Shown: positions 9,411-19,210, numbered from the stretch's first letter. The stretch: 32,000 bases of DNA from Coprobacillaceae bacterium (GCA_963675915.1 OY780959.1:1590001-1622000), one strand, 5' to 3'. A program made the numbers and translations. Notes: generated by a model not told the origin, from the letters alone.

Positions 9411-10697
9411 TTACTTCTTAAGGTTGTCTCTTACTAATTCAAGAGCTTTTCTTGTAAGTAAATCAGACTCTAAACGGTCCATGTTATTTGCGAAGATGTT
9501 TTTAACTTCTTCTAACTCTCTTTGGTATGTATCAGCGATCATTTGTAATTCAGCTTCAATTTCTTCAGCTGTATTTTCCAAACCTTCAGCTTTTACGATT
9601 TGTGCCAAGATAGCATTTAATTTGAATCTGTCAACTGCTTGTGGACGAACGTTTTGAGCGATCACATCTTTTGATTGACCAGTGAATTGTTCATATAATT
9701 CAAAGTTCATTCCTTGTTGTTGCAGGTTCATTTCGATTTCTTGTAATAATTGTTGAACTTCACCTTCGATCATCGCAGCAGATTCTTCTACTTTTGAGTT
9801 TTCGATGATTGCTTTGAATAAATCTTCATTGAATTTGTTTTCAACTTCTGATTCTTTACGAGTAGTCAAATCTTTTTGAACATGTTCTTTAAGTTGATCT
9901 AAAGTATCAACACCATCGATGTTTACATCTTTAGCTAATTCATCATCGATTTCAGGTAATGTTTTTGATTTGATATCAATTACTTTACATTTGAAAGTAG
10001 CTTCTTTACCAGCCAGGTTTTCAGCACCGTAATTTTCAGGGAAAGTTACAACTACGTCTTTTTCTTCTCCAGATTTAAGACCTACTAATTGATCTTCGAA
10101 TCCTGGGATGAATGATCCTGAACCGATTTCCAATGGATAAGCTTCACCTTTTCCACCTTCGAATGCTTCACCATCAACGAAACCTTCGAAATCGATTGTT
10201 GCAGTATCTCCAGTTTCAACTGCACCGTCTTCAGCTTTAACTGCTAATTCAGCGAATTGTTCTTGGTAGTTTTTCAATGCTGCTTCGATATCTTCAGCAG
10301 TCACTTCTACTTCACCTTTGGCAACTTCTAAATCTTTGTATTGTCCAAGTTCTACTTCTGGTAAAACTGGTACATTGATTACGATTGTCACACCTTCATC
10401 ATTAAGGCTTTCAATATTTACAGCAGGTTGAGCAATTGGAGCGATATTATTGTCCATCAATGCTTTTGAGTAATTTGCTGACAATAATGCATCGATTGCT
10501 TCTTGTTGGATTGAAGCATCAGAAATTTTAGAACGCACTAATTGTTTTGGTGCTTTCCCATCTCTGAATCCGTCAACTTTAACGTTTTTTGCTAATTTGT
10601 CAACTGCTGCTTCTTTAGCTGCAGTCCATTCTTCTTTATCAAAAGAAATTTTCACTTCTGTGATTGCGTTTTCTAATCTTTTAATGCTTGTGTTCAT
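9411..10697 (-). CDS. tig: trigger factor
   Basis: 428 aa with an acidic composition. It has the FKBP-type region (DFEGFVDGEAFEGGKGE) and typical tig-lon synteny. Promoter TTGAAT-17-TATAAT lies just upstream. Confidence 0.97.
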   Translation of the reverse strand: MNTSIKRLENAITEVKISFDKEEWTAAKEAAVDKLAKNVKVDGFRDGKAPKQLVRSKISDASIQQEAIDALLSANYSKALMDNNIAPIAQPAVNIESLNDEGVTIVINVPVLPEVELGQYKDLEVAKGEVEVTAEDIEAALKNYQEQFAELAVKAEDGAVETGDTATIDFEGFVDGEAFEGGKGEAYPLEIGSGSFIPGFEDQLVGLKSGEEKDVVVTFPENYGAENLAGKEATFKCKVIDIKSKTLPEIDDELAKDVNIDGVDTLDQLKEHVQKDLTTRKESEVENKFNEDLFKAIIENSKVEESAAMIEGEVQQLLQEIEMNLQQQGMNFELYEQFTGQSKDVIAQNVRPQAVDRFKLNAILAQIVKAEGLENTAEEIEAELQMIADTYQRELEEVKNIFANNMDRLESDLLTRKALELVRDNLKK

Positions 10698-10759
10698 ACT
10701 AATCTCCTTTTATTGTTTCGCGTTCCATTATATACTAAACGGCCTGTATATTCAACTAA

Positions 10760-11677
10760 TTAATACTGAATTGCCCTGAAATTCTCGAGATACTCCTGAA
10801 TATCATCCTCGTTGCCGTAATATGAAATCTCGATGTCTTCGATTTCCATTTTTATGTCCTGCAAAGCAGCCAGATAGAAGTGGATCGCCCCGGCCAGGGA
10901 ATTCACTTCATAATCATTGACAATCCTTGGGAAAATATCATACAGGTAGACAGTCAAAAACTGCAAAGCCTGTTCATATAGAGTCGGATTTTCATCCTCA
11001 AGATTCTCGCTAAGCAGATCGACAAGCGACCCGATTTCCGGTTGATCTAGCACGCTGGTCATCAGTGATGGATTGATATACTCCTCCTCGAAACCTTTGA
11101 CCACCAGGAATTCTTCATCGATGACCTGTTCAATCATCATTTCAATCACCTGGCTTTTAGCGAAATTTGGTATTTCCGGATTTTTCAAAAACGAATGAAT
11201 ATAAGGCACCAGCCGTCGGATATTCAACGACTGCATCTGGTTGATTGCCAGATAGATCACTTCCTGGTTGGTATTCCTTCCCGAAAGAATCGACTCGATA
11301 TCCTCGAGATTGAAAGTCAGATTGTTATAATCGATGTTGCTTTCATGTTTGGCAATCAGCAATTGATCGTAAACCTCGTTGTACATCATCTCGTAATTGC
11401 TTGGCACATACGGCATCGACAATTCCTCAATGACCATGTCAATCGCCTCATCATAGCGTTCCAGTTCTTTCAAAATAGTCAGATACATCCCGACCACTTC
11501 ATAGTAGCTCTGTTCAGCTTTGACCTTTGCCAGCATCACCTCTTTAAGCGCCTGTTGATAATCGGCCAGACCGATCAGACAGACGAGCCTTTGCAAACGG
11601 ACATTTTCGTCTTCCATGTCGGTAAGAAGCTTCAGCGCCTCACCATATTCACGGTTATTTATATATTCATTAATCAT
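10760..11677 (-). CDS. helical-repeat (TPR-like) protein of unknown function
   Basis: 305-aa acidic protein, predicted all-helical. Its position upstream of tig-lon matches B. subtilis ysoA and the mycoplasma DUF3196 protein. That family assignment is from memory only. Confidence 0.75.
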   Translation of the reverse strand: MINEYINNREYGEALKLLTDMEDENVRLQRLVCLIGLADYQQALKEVMLAKVKAEQSYYEVVGMYLTILKELERYDEAIDMVIEELSMPYVPSNYEMMYNEVYDQLLIAKHESNIDYNNLTFNLEDIESILSGRNTNQEVIYLAINQMQSLNIRRLVPYIHSFLKNPEIPNFAKSQVIEMMIEQVIDEEFLVVKGFEEEYINPSLMTSVLDQPEIGSLVDLLSENLEDENPTLYEQALQFLTVYLYDIFPRIVNDYEVNSLAGAIHFYLAALQDIKMEIEDIEISYYGNEDDIQEYLENFRAIQY

Positions 11678-11816
11678 TAACTACCTCTTCATCATCATCA
11701 AAATCGTAAACCATTTCCTGGAAATCTTGATTTTTTTCCATTTCCAGCATATCCATTATTTCCAAATAGTCTTCATCTTTTCGACCATCTCTTTGACCGT
11801 CATCAATAAAAGCCAT
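11670..11816 (-). CDS. possible 48-aa highly acidic protein
   Basis: Not in the ORF track because it is under 60 aa. Sequence: MAFIDDGQRDGRKDEDYLEIMDMLEMEKNQDFQEMVYDFDDDEEVVND. An AAGGA motif lies 7 nt upstream, and its stop overlaps the next gene's start (AATGATTAA). Confidence 0.3.
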   Translation of the reverse strand: MAFIDDGQRDGRKDEDYLEIMDMLEMEKNQDFQEMVYDFDDDEEVVND

Positions 11817-11820
11817 TAAC

Positions 11821-12684
11821 TCATCCTTCTTTCAATAAATTAAATATCTTCAGATATTTGTCCTGATAGATTGTGTTCCTATTAAATATAAACATTATAT
11901 CATGATATATCTCCATATCCAAAAGATATAATAACTCTAATTTGCCGGTTGTCAATTCCTCTTCAACCGCCATTTTATACATGAACGATATTCCAGCCCC
12001 TGATTCGACCAGTCGTTTGATCATTTTGATATCACTGATGATATTTACCTTGGCAAACGAATCATAACTGAGATTATGCTCCTCGAGAAACCGGTTGAAG
12101 ATTTCCCGCGAACCCGAACCGTTCTCCCGGATATAGATTGGAATATCGAGAATATCCTGAAGAGCGGCCTTCTTCCCAATTTTCAGTTGCGGCGATTTTA
12201 TGGCCACATATTCCTGCCTCGACAGACACCAGGAGTCGAATTGATTCGAATCGAAGTACCCTTCGACTATCGCAAAATCAATCTTCCCGTTTTTAAGATC
12301 ATCCAAAAGATGACGGGTGTTGTTGATTTTGAATTCAAGCGAATATTCCTTGGCAATTGTGGCGATTCGATCACAAATCAGATACTCGCCGGCAGTCTTG
12401 GTTGCCCCGAATCTAATCGGCGGTTCCACCTCGGTTTTAAACTCATTTAATAACCGGGCCTCATCAGCTTTCATCGTGATCAAGGCACTGTGAATCCGAA
12501 AACCGGCCTCAGTTATTTCCAACCGTTTATTCTTATAATCAAATAGTCGGACATTGTAGAAATCCTCAAGATAACGGATATGGTTACTCACCGCCGGTTG
12601 GGTCAGCCCCAATGCCTGGGCCGCTTTGGTATAACTTCTCAGTTTGACCACCATTAGAAATGTGTTAACACGAAAATCCAACAT
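11821..12684 (-). CDS. LysR-family transcriptional regulator
   Basis: N-terminal wHTH (FLMVVKLRSYTKAAQALGLTQPAVSNHIRYLE) followed by a substrate-binding domain. Start at ATG 12684 behind GAGGTGA. It is divergent from a YeiH-type transporter. Confidence 0.93.
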   Translation of the reverse strand: MLDFRVNTFLMVVKLRSYTKAAQALGLTQPAVSNHIRYLEDFYNVRLFDYKNKRLEITEAGFRIHSALITMKADEARLLNEFKTEVEPPIRFGATKTAGEYLICDRIATIAKEYSLEFKINNTRHLLDDLKNGKIDFAIVEGYFDSNQFDSWCLSRQEYVAIKSPQLKIGKKAALQDILDIPIYIRENGSGSREIFNRFLEEHNLSYDSFAKVNIISDIKMIKRLVESGAGISFMYKMAVEEELTTGKLELLYLLDMEIYHDIMFIFNRNTIYQDKYLKIFNLLKEG

Positions 12685-12739
12685 GATATCACCTCGAACC
12701 AACTATAACATATTATTATCGATGAATAAATATTTATAA

Positions 12740-12754
12740 TTAGATTTTATCTAA
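12740..12754. promoter_or_regulatory. candidate LysR box (T-N11-A palindrome)
   Basis: TTAGAT-TTT-ATCTAA perfect inverted repeat. It overlaps the -35 position of the + strand promoter, whose TATAAT is at 12764-12769. Confidence 0.4.
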
Positions 12755-12790
12755 GTCAAATATTATAATTCCCTCAAGGGAGGAATTACA

Positions 12791-13816
12791 ATGAACACAA
12801 CAATTCAAAACAACACAATGAAATCAATCATCACTAAAGTCCCCGGCCTCGCCCTTTGTCTTGCAATCGCCTTGGTCGCTTACATATTTGGAAGTCAATT
12901 CCCGATTATCGGCGGTCCGGTAACCGGAATCATCTTGGGAATGATCAGCGGATTATTTTTCAAGAACCGCGCCCAATATGAATCCGGGATTACTTTTAGT
13001 TCCAAAAAAATCCTGCAATGGGCAGTTATCCTGCTGGGATTCAAACTGAACTTTAACGCGGTAATCTCAATGGGAATCACATCACTACCGGTAATTTTAT
13101 CAACTATCACTACGGCCTTGACCATGGCCTTTATTCTTCATAAAATATTAAAAACCAAAACCAACCAAGCGATATTAATCGGAGTTGGATCGTGTATCTG
13201 CGGGGGATCAGCCATTGCGGCCAGTTCATCGGTCATCGATGCCAAAAAGGAAGATATCGTGACTGCAATGTCCGTCATCTTCCTGTTCAATATCATTGCC
13301 GCTTTGATATTCCCAACCTTGGGCAGCATCATGCATCTTTCCAATGAAGGATTTGCCCTGTTTGCCGGATCAGCCGTGAATGACACTTCATCAGTGACTG
13401 CAACCGCGGCTTCATGGGACAGCATCCACAACAGCAGCATTCTCGGTCTGGCGACTATCGTCAAATTGACTCGGACGTTGGCCATCATTCCAATCACCCT
13501 GGTTTTGGGAATCATTACTGAACGTAAAACTGGAAATCAGAAATTCAACCTGAAAAAAATATTTCCAACTTTCATCGTTTATTTCTTGATTGCCTCAGTT
13601 GTGACAACTTTTTTCCCTTTGCCAGATATCTTCATCATGACCACAGGAACCCTATCTAAAATATTCATCATCATGGCCATGAGTGCAATCGGACTAAATA
13701 CGGATATCAAGAAATTGCTTACCAATGCCAAAAAGCCGATCCTGATGGGTTTTGTCATCTGGATCAGCATCATAACTGTCAGTTTGATCAGTCAAACCTT
13801 ATTGAACCTGGCTTAA
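12791..13816 (+). CDS. YeiH/UPF0324-family membrane protein (putative sulfate exporter family)
   Basis: 341-aa polytopic protein with GGSAIAA. It is paired divergently with a LysR regulator, as in E. coli yeiE-yeiH. Confidence 0.85.
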   Translation: MNTTIQNNTMKSIITKVPGLALCLAIALVAYIFGSQFPIIGGPVTGIILGMISGLFFKNRAQYESGITFSSKKILQWAVILLGFKLNFNAVISMGITSLPVILSTITTALTMAFILHKILKTKTNQAILIGVGSCICGGSAIAASSSVIDAKKEDIVTAMSVIFLFNIIAALIFPTLGSIMHLSNEGFALFAGSAVNDTSSVTATAASWDSIHNSSILGLATIVKLTRTLAIIPITLVLGIITERKTGNQKFNLKKIFPTFIVYFLIASVVTTFFPLPDIFIMTTGTLSKIFIIMAMSAIGLNTDIKKLLTNAKKPILMGFVIWISIITVSLISQTLLNLA

Positions 13817-14205
13817 GTTCTTTTTTCAAATTTGTTTTGGCAACGCGGACAGGTAATTACAATCTTGCCACGTTTTTTAGGCACCCGAACCAACTGGTTG
13901 CATGAGGGACAACGGTAATATTTGTTGTTGCGATCAGCAATTCGCAGTTTCACTTTGTTCCAGATATTCCGATACGGGCGTGATAATTTGAGGAAACGAT
14001 TCAACTCGTTTCTTCTTTTTTGATATTTTTTCGAAAGCATCCGAAAAATCGCCAACGCCAAAACCAGATAATTGACAACAACCAGAATATAGCTGTTGAT
14101 GAATACGTTGATTATTATGACTAAGAAGGCAACCCCGACCAAGAAATTATTCAATTGGTCATTGCCATATCTCCCATATAAAAAACGTGCTATTTTTTCA
14201 CGCAT
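13813..14205 (-). CDS. membrane protein with C-terminal zinc ribbon
   Basis: 130 aa with two TM helices, then CPSC...17 residues...CPRC. Confidence 0.7.
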   Translation of the reverse strand: MREKIARFLYGRYGNDQLNNFLVGVAFLVIIINVFINSYILVVVNYLVLALAIFRMLSKKYQKRRNELNRFLKLSRPYRNIWNKVKLRIADRNNKYYRCPSCNQLVRVPKKRGKIVITCPRCQNKFEKRT

Positions 14206-14285
14206 AAAATCACCATCCTTCCCAACGATTCTAACAACAATAAATTAACTTTATGTGAATAAAATCATTTTTTTGACATTAAGTC

Positions 14286-14307
14286 AAAAACGACTCTTAG
14301 AGAGCCG
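14286..14307 (-). terminator. terminator after nifS
   Basis: Minus strand CGGCTCT-CTA-AGAGTCG followed by TTTTT. Confidence 0.5.
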
Positions 14308-14360
14308 CCTCAATTTTATTATTCCTGATTTTCCTGGAAGCTTGATTGACCTGATTGAGC

Positions 14361-15524
14361 TTACCCCGGATATAGCGGTGACATGATCCGCAGCCGTTCC
14401 ACCATAGTCTTCAACTCATCGACCACGATATCCATTTCCGCTTTGGTATTATCCTCGCCAAGGGTAAAACGAACCGAACCGAAAGCCTCATTCTCTGGAA
14501 GTTTTATTGCCTTGAGAACATGGGAATAGCCGATACGGCTCGACGTGCACGCCGAACCATTCGAAGCGCATATCCCCTTCTGGTCAAGCATCATCAAAAG
14601 CGATTCGCTTTGAACATAAGCAAAACCGATATTGACATTGTTGGGCAATCTGGTCATTGAAGAACCATTAAGCTTGGTATAGGGTATCTCGGATAAAATC
14701 CGGTGGATCAGATAATCTCGAAGTGAAGCCATTTTTTCATTCCGCCCTTGAAAACCGGTGTGAGCCAGCTCGGTCGCCTTGGCAAAACCTACGATTGCCG
14801 GTAAATTCTCTGTACCGGCGCGGCGCTTTCCTTCCTGATTCCCACCATGAATAAAAGGTTCGATTGCCACACCGCTTCTGACATAAAGCATTCCAACGCC
14901 CTTGGGACCGTGCATTTTATGGCCGCTGGCACTAAGCATATCAATCTTGAATTCATCAACATCGATTGGAATATGCCCATACGCCTGGACGGCATCGGTA
15001 TGGAAGATGATTTGGTGTTCCTTGGCAATCTTGCCGATTTCTTTGATTGGTTGAATCGTTCCAATCTCATTATTGGCAAACATTATAGATATCAGGATGG
15101 TTGTAGGTCTGATTGTGGCTTCAAGAAGAGTCGGGTCTACCATCCCTGCTTCATCCACGTCAAGATATGTCACTTCATACCCGAGTTTTTCCAGATATTC
15201 ACAGGTCTTCAAGATGGCATGATGCTCGATTTTGGACGTGATAATATGATTACCTTTGCTCCTGGCGGCAAATGACACACCTTTTAAAGCCCAGTTGTTA
15301 GACTCGCTGCCTCCGGAAGTGAAATATATTTCTTTAGCCTTGGACCCGATAAAATCCGCAATTACTGCCCGGGAGTCTTTCAAAGCCTTTTTTGATTTGG
15401 TCGCCAGAGTGTAAGGACTCGAAGGATTGCCATAGCAGTCAAGCAAATATGGTTGCATCTCTTGGTAGACAACTTGATTGATTTTAGTTGTCGCAGCATT
15501 GTCAAGATAGATCAAATTTCGCAT
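14361..15524 (-). CDS. nifS: cysteine desulfurase (NifS/IscS class V aminotransferase)
   Basis: 387 aa with the PLP-lysine motif SGHKMHGPKGVG and an active-site Cys near the C-terminus (SNGSACTS). Confidence 0.95.
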   Translation of the reverse strand: MRNLIYLDNAATTKINQVVYQEMQPYLLDCYGNPSSPYTLATKSKKALKDSRAVIADFIGSKAKEIYFTSGGSESNNWALKGVSFAARSKGNHIITSKIEHHAILKTCEYLEKLGYEVTYLDVDEAGMVDPTLLEATIRPTTILISIMFANNEIGTIQPIKEIGKIAKEHQIIFHTDAVQAYGHIPIDVDEFKIDMLSASGHKMHGPKGVGMLYVRSGVAIEPFIHGGNQEGKRRAGTENLPAIVGFAKATELAHTGFQGRNEKMASLRDYLIHRILSEIPYTKLNGSSMTRLPNNVNIGFAYVQSESLLMMLDQKGICASNGSACTSSRIGYSHVLKAIKLPENEAFGSVRFTLGEDNTKAEMDIVVDELKTMVERLRIMSPLYPG

Positions 15525-15581
15525 TTCCCGCCTCCTATATCAATATTTTCAAATTAATTGTTGTGCCGGAATCAAAAGATA

Positions 15582-16499
15582 CTAAACAGCTCTGGCCTTT
15601 GCCGCTAATTCCAGCATTCGTTCCAATGGCTTTCTGGCATTTTCCATAACTTCTTCACTCAATTCCACTTCGTTCAAGGGACTTTCAAGCACTTCAAGGA
15701 CATTTTCAAGGGTGACCTTTTTCATATTGGGGCAAAATTGGCGGTGACCGACTGAGTAGAACTTCTTTTGGGGATTTTTCAATAACAACTCATAAAAGAT
15801 TCCCATCTCGGTACAGATGATAAATGAATCATTTTCCAGCGAAGTCGCCAATTCGATTATTTGCGAAGTGCTTCCGACATAATCAGCCAACTCCAGTACA
15901 TCGGGGGTACATTCGGGATGGGCCAAGACAATCGCATCGGGGAATTTTGCCATTGCCTGCTTTACCAGCGGAGCTTCAATACTTTTATGAACATGACAGA
16001 AACCGTCATGAAAAATGAATTCCTTATCAGGCAGTTTTTCCGCCACATAGCGACCCAGATTATTATCCGGGATAAAGAAAATCTTCTTTTCCGGCAACTG
16101 ATTCACCACATCAAGCGCATTTGATGAAGTGACACAGACATCAGATAAAGCCTTGATTTTGGCAGTTGAATTGACATAACATACCACTGCCACATCGTCA
16201 TGCTCTTTTCGCACCAGGGCAATATCCTCGGGTTCAACCATATGGGCCATCTGGCAGTCAGCCGATTCGTCAGCCATATAGACATTTTTGGCAGGATTAA
16301 GCAACTTGGCGCTCTCGCCCATGAAAGATACTCCGGCAAACAGGATATTCTGGCTGTCAACTTCCTTGGCCACTTTCGATAAGTAATATGAATCACCAAC
16401 ATAGTCAGCAATTTCCTGAACACTCCCATCCACATAGTAGTGGGCCAAGATAACAAAATCCTTTTCATTTTTCAACTGTTGAATTTCTTTTTTTATCAT
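15582..16499 (-). CDS. nadA: quinolinate synthase NadA
   Basis: N-terminus MIKKEIQQLKNEKDFVILAHYY, plus internal ILFAGVSFMGE and conserved Cys residues. ATG at 16499. Confidence 0.95.
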   Translation of the reverse strand: MIKKEIQQLKNEKDFVILAHYYVDGSVQEIADYVGDSYYLSKVAKEVDSQNILFAGVSFMGESAKLLNPAKNVYMADESADCQMAHMVEPEDIALVRKEHDDVAVVCYVNSTAKIKALSDVCVTSSNALDVVNQLPEKKIFFIPDNNLGRYVAEKLPDKEFIFHDGFCHVHKSIEAPLVKQAMAKFPDAIVLAHPECTPDVLELADYVGSTSQIIELATSLENDSFIICTEMGIFYELLLKNPQKKFYSVGHRQFCPNMKKVTLENVLEVLESPLNEVELSEEVMENARKPLERMLELAAKARAV

Positions 16500-16538
16500 A
16501 AAAACTCTCTTTCTCAATATTTTGTAATCTAATCGCCA

Positions 16539-16560
16539 TGGCCAAAGATTGAATTGGCCA
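16539..16560. promoter_or_regulatory. candidate Rrf2 operator in the nadA/rrf2 divergent region
   Basis: Inverted repeat TGGCCAA-N8-TTGGCCA. Confidence 0.35.
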
Positions 16561-16600
16561 ATATGCTATGGTATGATTGCATCAAAGAGGAGGACATACC

Positions 16601-17023
16601 ATGAAAATTTCCACTAGAGGCCGCTATTCCTTGCGGGTGATGATCGAACTGGCCAGCCGCAACAATGAGGGGTATATCCCACTTAAGCAATTGTCACGGG
16701 ATCAGAACATTTCCAAGAAATACATGGAACAGATTCTCCCTCCGCTCATCAAAAACGGCTTGCTTGAAGCTTCCAGAGGGCATCTTGGCGGCTACCAACT
16801 GGCCAAGGATCCCACCGCAATCACAATCAAAGATATAATCATCAGTGCCGAAGGCAGCCTGGCTCCGGTTGCCTGCATGGATCACAATCCCAACAAATGC
16901 GAAAACTGTGAAACCTGTCCGACCCTGCCAATCTATCAGGGACTGTACGAGACTGTTTCGAATTATCTCGAAGGCATCACACTTCAAGATGTTCTTGAGG
17001 GCAAAACCAAGACCGACTTCTAG
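16601..17023 (+). CDS. Rrf2-family transcriptional regulator (Cys-rich, likely Fe-S binding)
   Basis: N-terminus MKISTRGRYSLRVMIELA behind AAAGAGGAGG. A Cys cluster CMDHNPNKCENCETC is present. Confidence 0.93.
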   Translation: MKISTRGRYSLRVMIELASRNNEGYIPLKQLSRDQNISKKYMEQILPPLIKNGLLEASRGHLGGYQLAKDPTAITIKDIIISAEGSLAPVACMDHNPNKCENCETCPTLPIYQGLYETVSNYLEGITLQDVLEGKTKTDF

Positions 17024-17062
17024 TTTACTAACGATTTTATGAAGGCAATAATAACATTTCTT

Positions 17063-17095
17063 AAAACCTACCAATGTGGTAGGTTTTGTGTTTTC
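17063..17095 (+). terminator. terminator after the Rrf2 gene
   Basis: AAAACCTACCA-loop-TGGTAGGTTTT followed by GTGTTTT. Confidence 0.7.
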
Positions 17096-17180
17096 AATAT
17101 ACCACAAGAACTTAATTCATGCAATTGTTAAAGGATATTTTTACCCATTCAATCGCCTAAAAAACATTATTCGCATTCAA

Positions 17181-17204
17181 AAGGCAGCCTTAAACAGCTG
17201 CCTT
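17181..17204 (-). terminator. hairpin after the DUF2812-like gene
   Basis: AAGGCAGC-N8-GCTGCCTT. Only a short T-run follows on the minus strand. Confidence 0.4.
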
Positions 17205-17225
17205 CGAATATAGTGATTTTACAAA

Positions 17226-18530
17226 TCAGGACATGTAATAATCAATCAGATCAAATATTGGCAGATCTTCTGCCAATAAAACTTCCAGGACCACTTTGTC
17301 TTTGATCATCACATAATGATTGTTCCAATAATAGCCCATATCAATTTTGTCTGAATCGATTGGTTGTAATGACATGATTGCCTCTTGATAACTTTGATAT
17401 TCAATTGGAGTCTTTGCTCCGCCTGCTTCCAGAAACAATTGATCCAGATCGCTCCAGCCCCGACTGCGATGTTCAAGTTCTTCCACCTTGAACTTGAAAA
17501 TATCTTGGGCGATGAAATTATCTAGGCAATAATATCTAATTTCTCTATACTCACTCAGATATTCGATATTTTTTTCCTGAGGTGTTTGAGACCCAAAATA
17601 TCCGATTGATTGATACAAAATGGCATTATTGTTAATAGTGTAATTGTAAGCGTCCTGTTGGAGAGCTTCATTGCCAGAAATAATCATGCTGTTGATATCA
17701 GGATACCTGGCCAAGTTAAATATGAAGACATAAACAACAATGGACGCTGGCTTGATAAATCTTTCCAACTTTCCATTATTCATGATCATCAATTTGCCAT
17801 AGAGCCGCCAAAAAGCAACAAAGACTATCGCCAAAACAGTTAGATAGCCAAGCGTTCTCGGGTTATTCAAACCGAGCAAAATCACTTCAAGACCAATTAG
17901 CAACAGCAAGCCGAACCTAACAATATAATGGAATACCTTGATCAGGCGATAACCGCTGACCTGAGGATTTTCTCCTCGGGCCAAACGGGCATATTTGATT
18001 CTGGCAAAGATCATCTCGACACCATTCATTATTAAGTAAAGCCCCAGGGCAATCCCGACAAAAGAAAGTAGTACCCGGTGGAAATACAGCAAATATCCGG
18101 CCAGACTGCTTCTAGTCAGCAATCGGATCATCCCATTGTAATTGAAAAGCAGCCCCACTAACAAAGCCAGGATAAATAAAGCGGCAATCTTAATGGTACC
18201 AAAAACTTCATTTACCGCCATAGATTTGTAATCAGCATTATAAACAGGTTCCCGGGTTTCAAGATTATCGGAGTACAGGAAGGATACTTTTTGGTAACTC
18301 CCAAGATATTGGTAGCCCTGGTCTTTAAGCTGACGGATTTCTTCTCCGTTTGCCTGATAAAAATTCATAAAAAACTTAATCTGGGATGGTGATACCTGCT
18401 TGAATCTAAAGAAAATCATTCCCACTTTATCAAGCCTCCAACCCGAAGCTGCTTCCCTTTCCAGCATTTCCAGACATTTTTCTTCTTCAAAAATACTCCG
18501 GCCAATTAAACGATACTTAAATTTTTTCAT
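17226..18530 (-). CDS. DUF2812-like multi-pass membrane protein
   Basis: The N-terminus MKKFKYRL..FEEEKCLEMLEREAASGWRLDKVGMIFFRFK fits the DUF2812 pattern as I remember it. It is followed by several TM helices. SD is GAGGGG. Confidence 0.75.
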   Translation of the reverse strand: MKKFKYRLIGRSIFEEEKCLEMLEREAASGWRLDKVGMIFFRFKQVSPSQIKFFMNFYQANGEEIRQLKDQGYQYLGSYQKVSFLYSDNLETREPVYNADYKSMAVNEVFGTIKIAALFILALLVGLLFNYNGMIRLLTRSSLAGYLLYFHRVLLSFVGIALGLYLIMNGVEMIFARIKYARLARGENPQVSGYRLIKVFHYIVRFGLLLLIGLEVILLGLNNPRTLGYLTVLAIVFVAFWRLYGKLMIMNNGKLERFIKPASIVVYVFIFNLARYPDINSMIISGNEALQQDAYNYTINNNAILYQSIGYFGSQTPQEKNIEYLSEYREIRYYCLDNFIAQDIFKFKVEELEHRSRGWSDLDQLFLEAGGAKTPIEYQSYQEAIMSLQPIDSDKIDMGYYWNNHYVMIKDKVVLEVLLAEDLPIFDLIDYYMS

Positions 18531-18575
18531 CCAAACCCCTCATTTCACTGAAATACAATAATATCATTACCTCAT

Positions 18576-18604
18576 ATTTTACACATAACCCCGAAATGTA
18601 TCAA
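18576..18604 (-). promoter_or_regulatory. promoter of the DUF2812-like gene
   Basis: Minus strand TTGATA (18604-18599), 17 nt, TAAAAT (18581-18576). Confidence 0.55.
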
Positions 18605-18788
18605 CGTTCGAAAACTTAAGATTTTCTTAAGATGGACAAGATGAATTATGCTTGTGAAAAGCAAACGCAAACCAAATGATAAATAGTCCATAATTGACTC
18701 AAATAATCGTACGAGCAATTTTTATGTTTTACAAAAGGTCTTGTAAATCAATGACAGCATAGGTAGTTGCTGACATGTCATTGTTACA

Positions 18789-18843
18789 AAAAAAACGACT
18801 ATCTAATAGCCGTTACTTTCTTAATGACGTCCACTAAGGGATT
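18789..18843 (-). repeat. att-like direct repeat (tRNA-Arg 3-prime fragment plus terminator copy)
   Basis: 51 of 55 nt are identical to 28480-28534. It covers a degenerate copy of the last 19 nt of tRNA-Arg (CCA changed to TCA) and the 36 nt downstream, including the terminator hairpin. Confidence 0.85.
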
Positions 18844-19210
18844 AGTTGTAAGTGATTTCATATCTGTATTTCAGGCAATTATATCACCCTTCAAAATTAT
18901 TTTTTACTGATATTTCATGTTTTTGACATCAAAATGATATCAATGATTGTGATACCAATTCTTATTTGATTTCCTAATAACTTTTTTATATCGAATAACG
19001 ATCTAAGCTAGAAAACATTTAAGGTTTCATTTGGCAGAATTTATTACGGTAAGACAAATTAACCTTGCTTGTATTTGATTTCGTTGTGCTCAATTTATCT
19101 TCACATTCCATTTATTTCGTCAACTCCTTCAATCCCTTCAAAATCTAACACTATATCCATCACACAATTTCCTTTCCAACTGCATTTATTTACCCAGAAA
19201 TTTGATTTTC

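Noticed and set aside
3581-9657. Antisense ORFs inside valS, lon and tig, for example 3581-3913, 3975-4280, 4609-4887, 7363-7626, 8338-8664, 8923-9147 and 9424-9657
   Set aside because: These are shadow ORFs on the strand opposite, or out of frame to, strongly supported housekeeping genes. Their sequences are low-complexity and they lack SD and promoter signals.
11195-11680. 161-aa + strand ORF opposite the TPR-like gene
   Set aside because: It lies entirely antisense to a coherent 305-aa gene, and its composition is typical of a mirror-frame artefact.
12895-13773. Minus-strand ORFs inside the YeiH-family gene (12895-13125, 13138-13515, 13579-13773)
   Set aside because: They are antisense to a polytopic transporter gene that has a clear SD and promoter, and have no independent signals.
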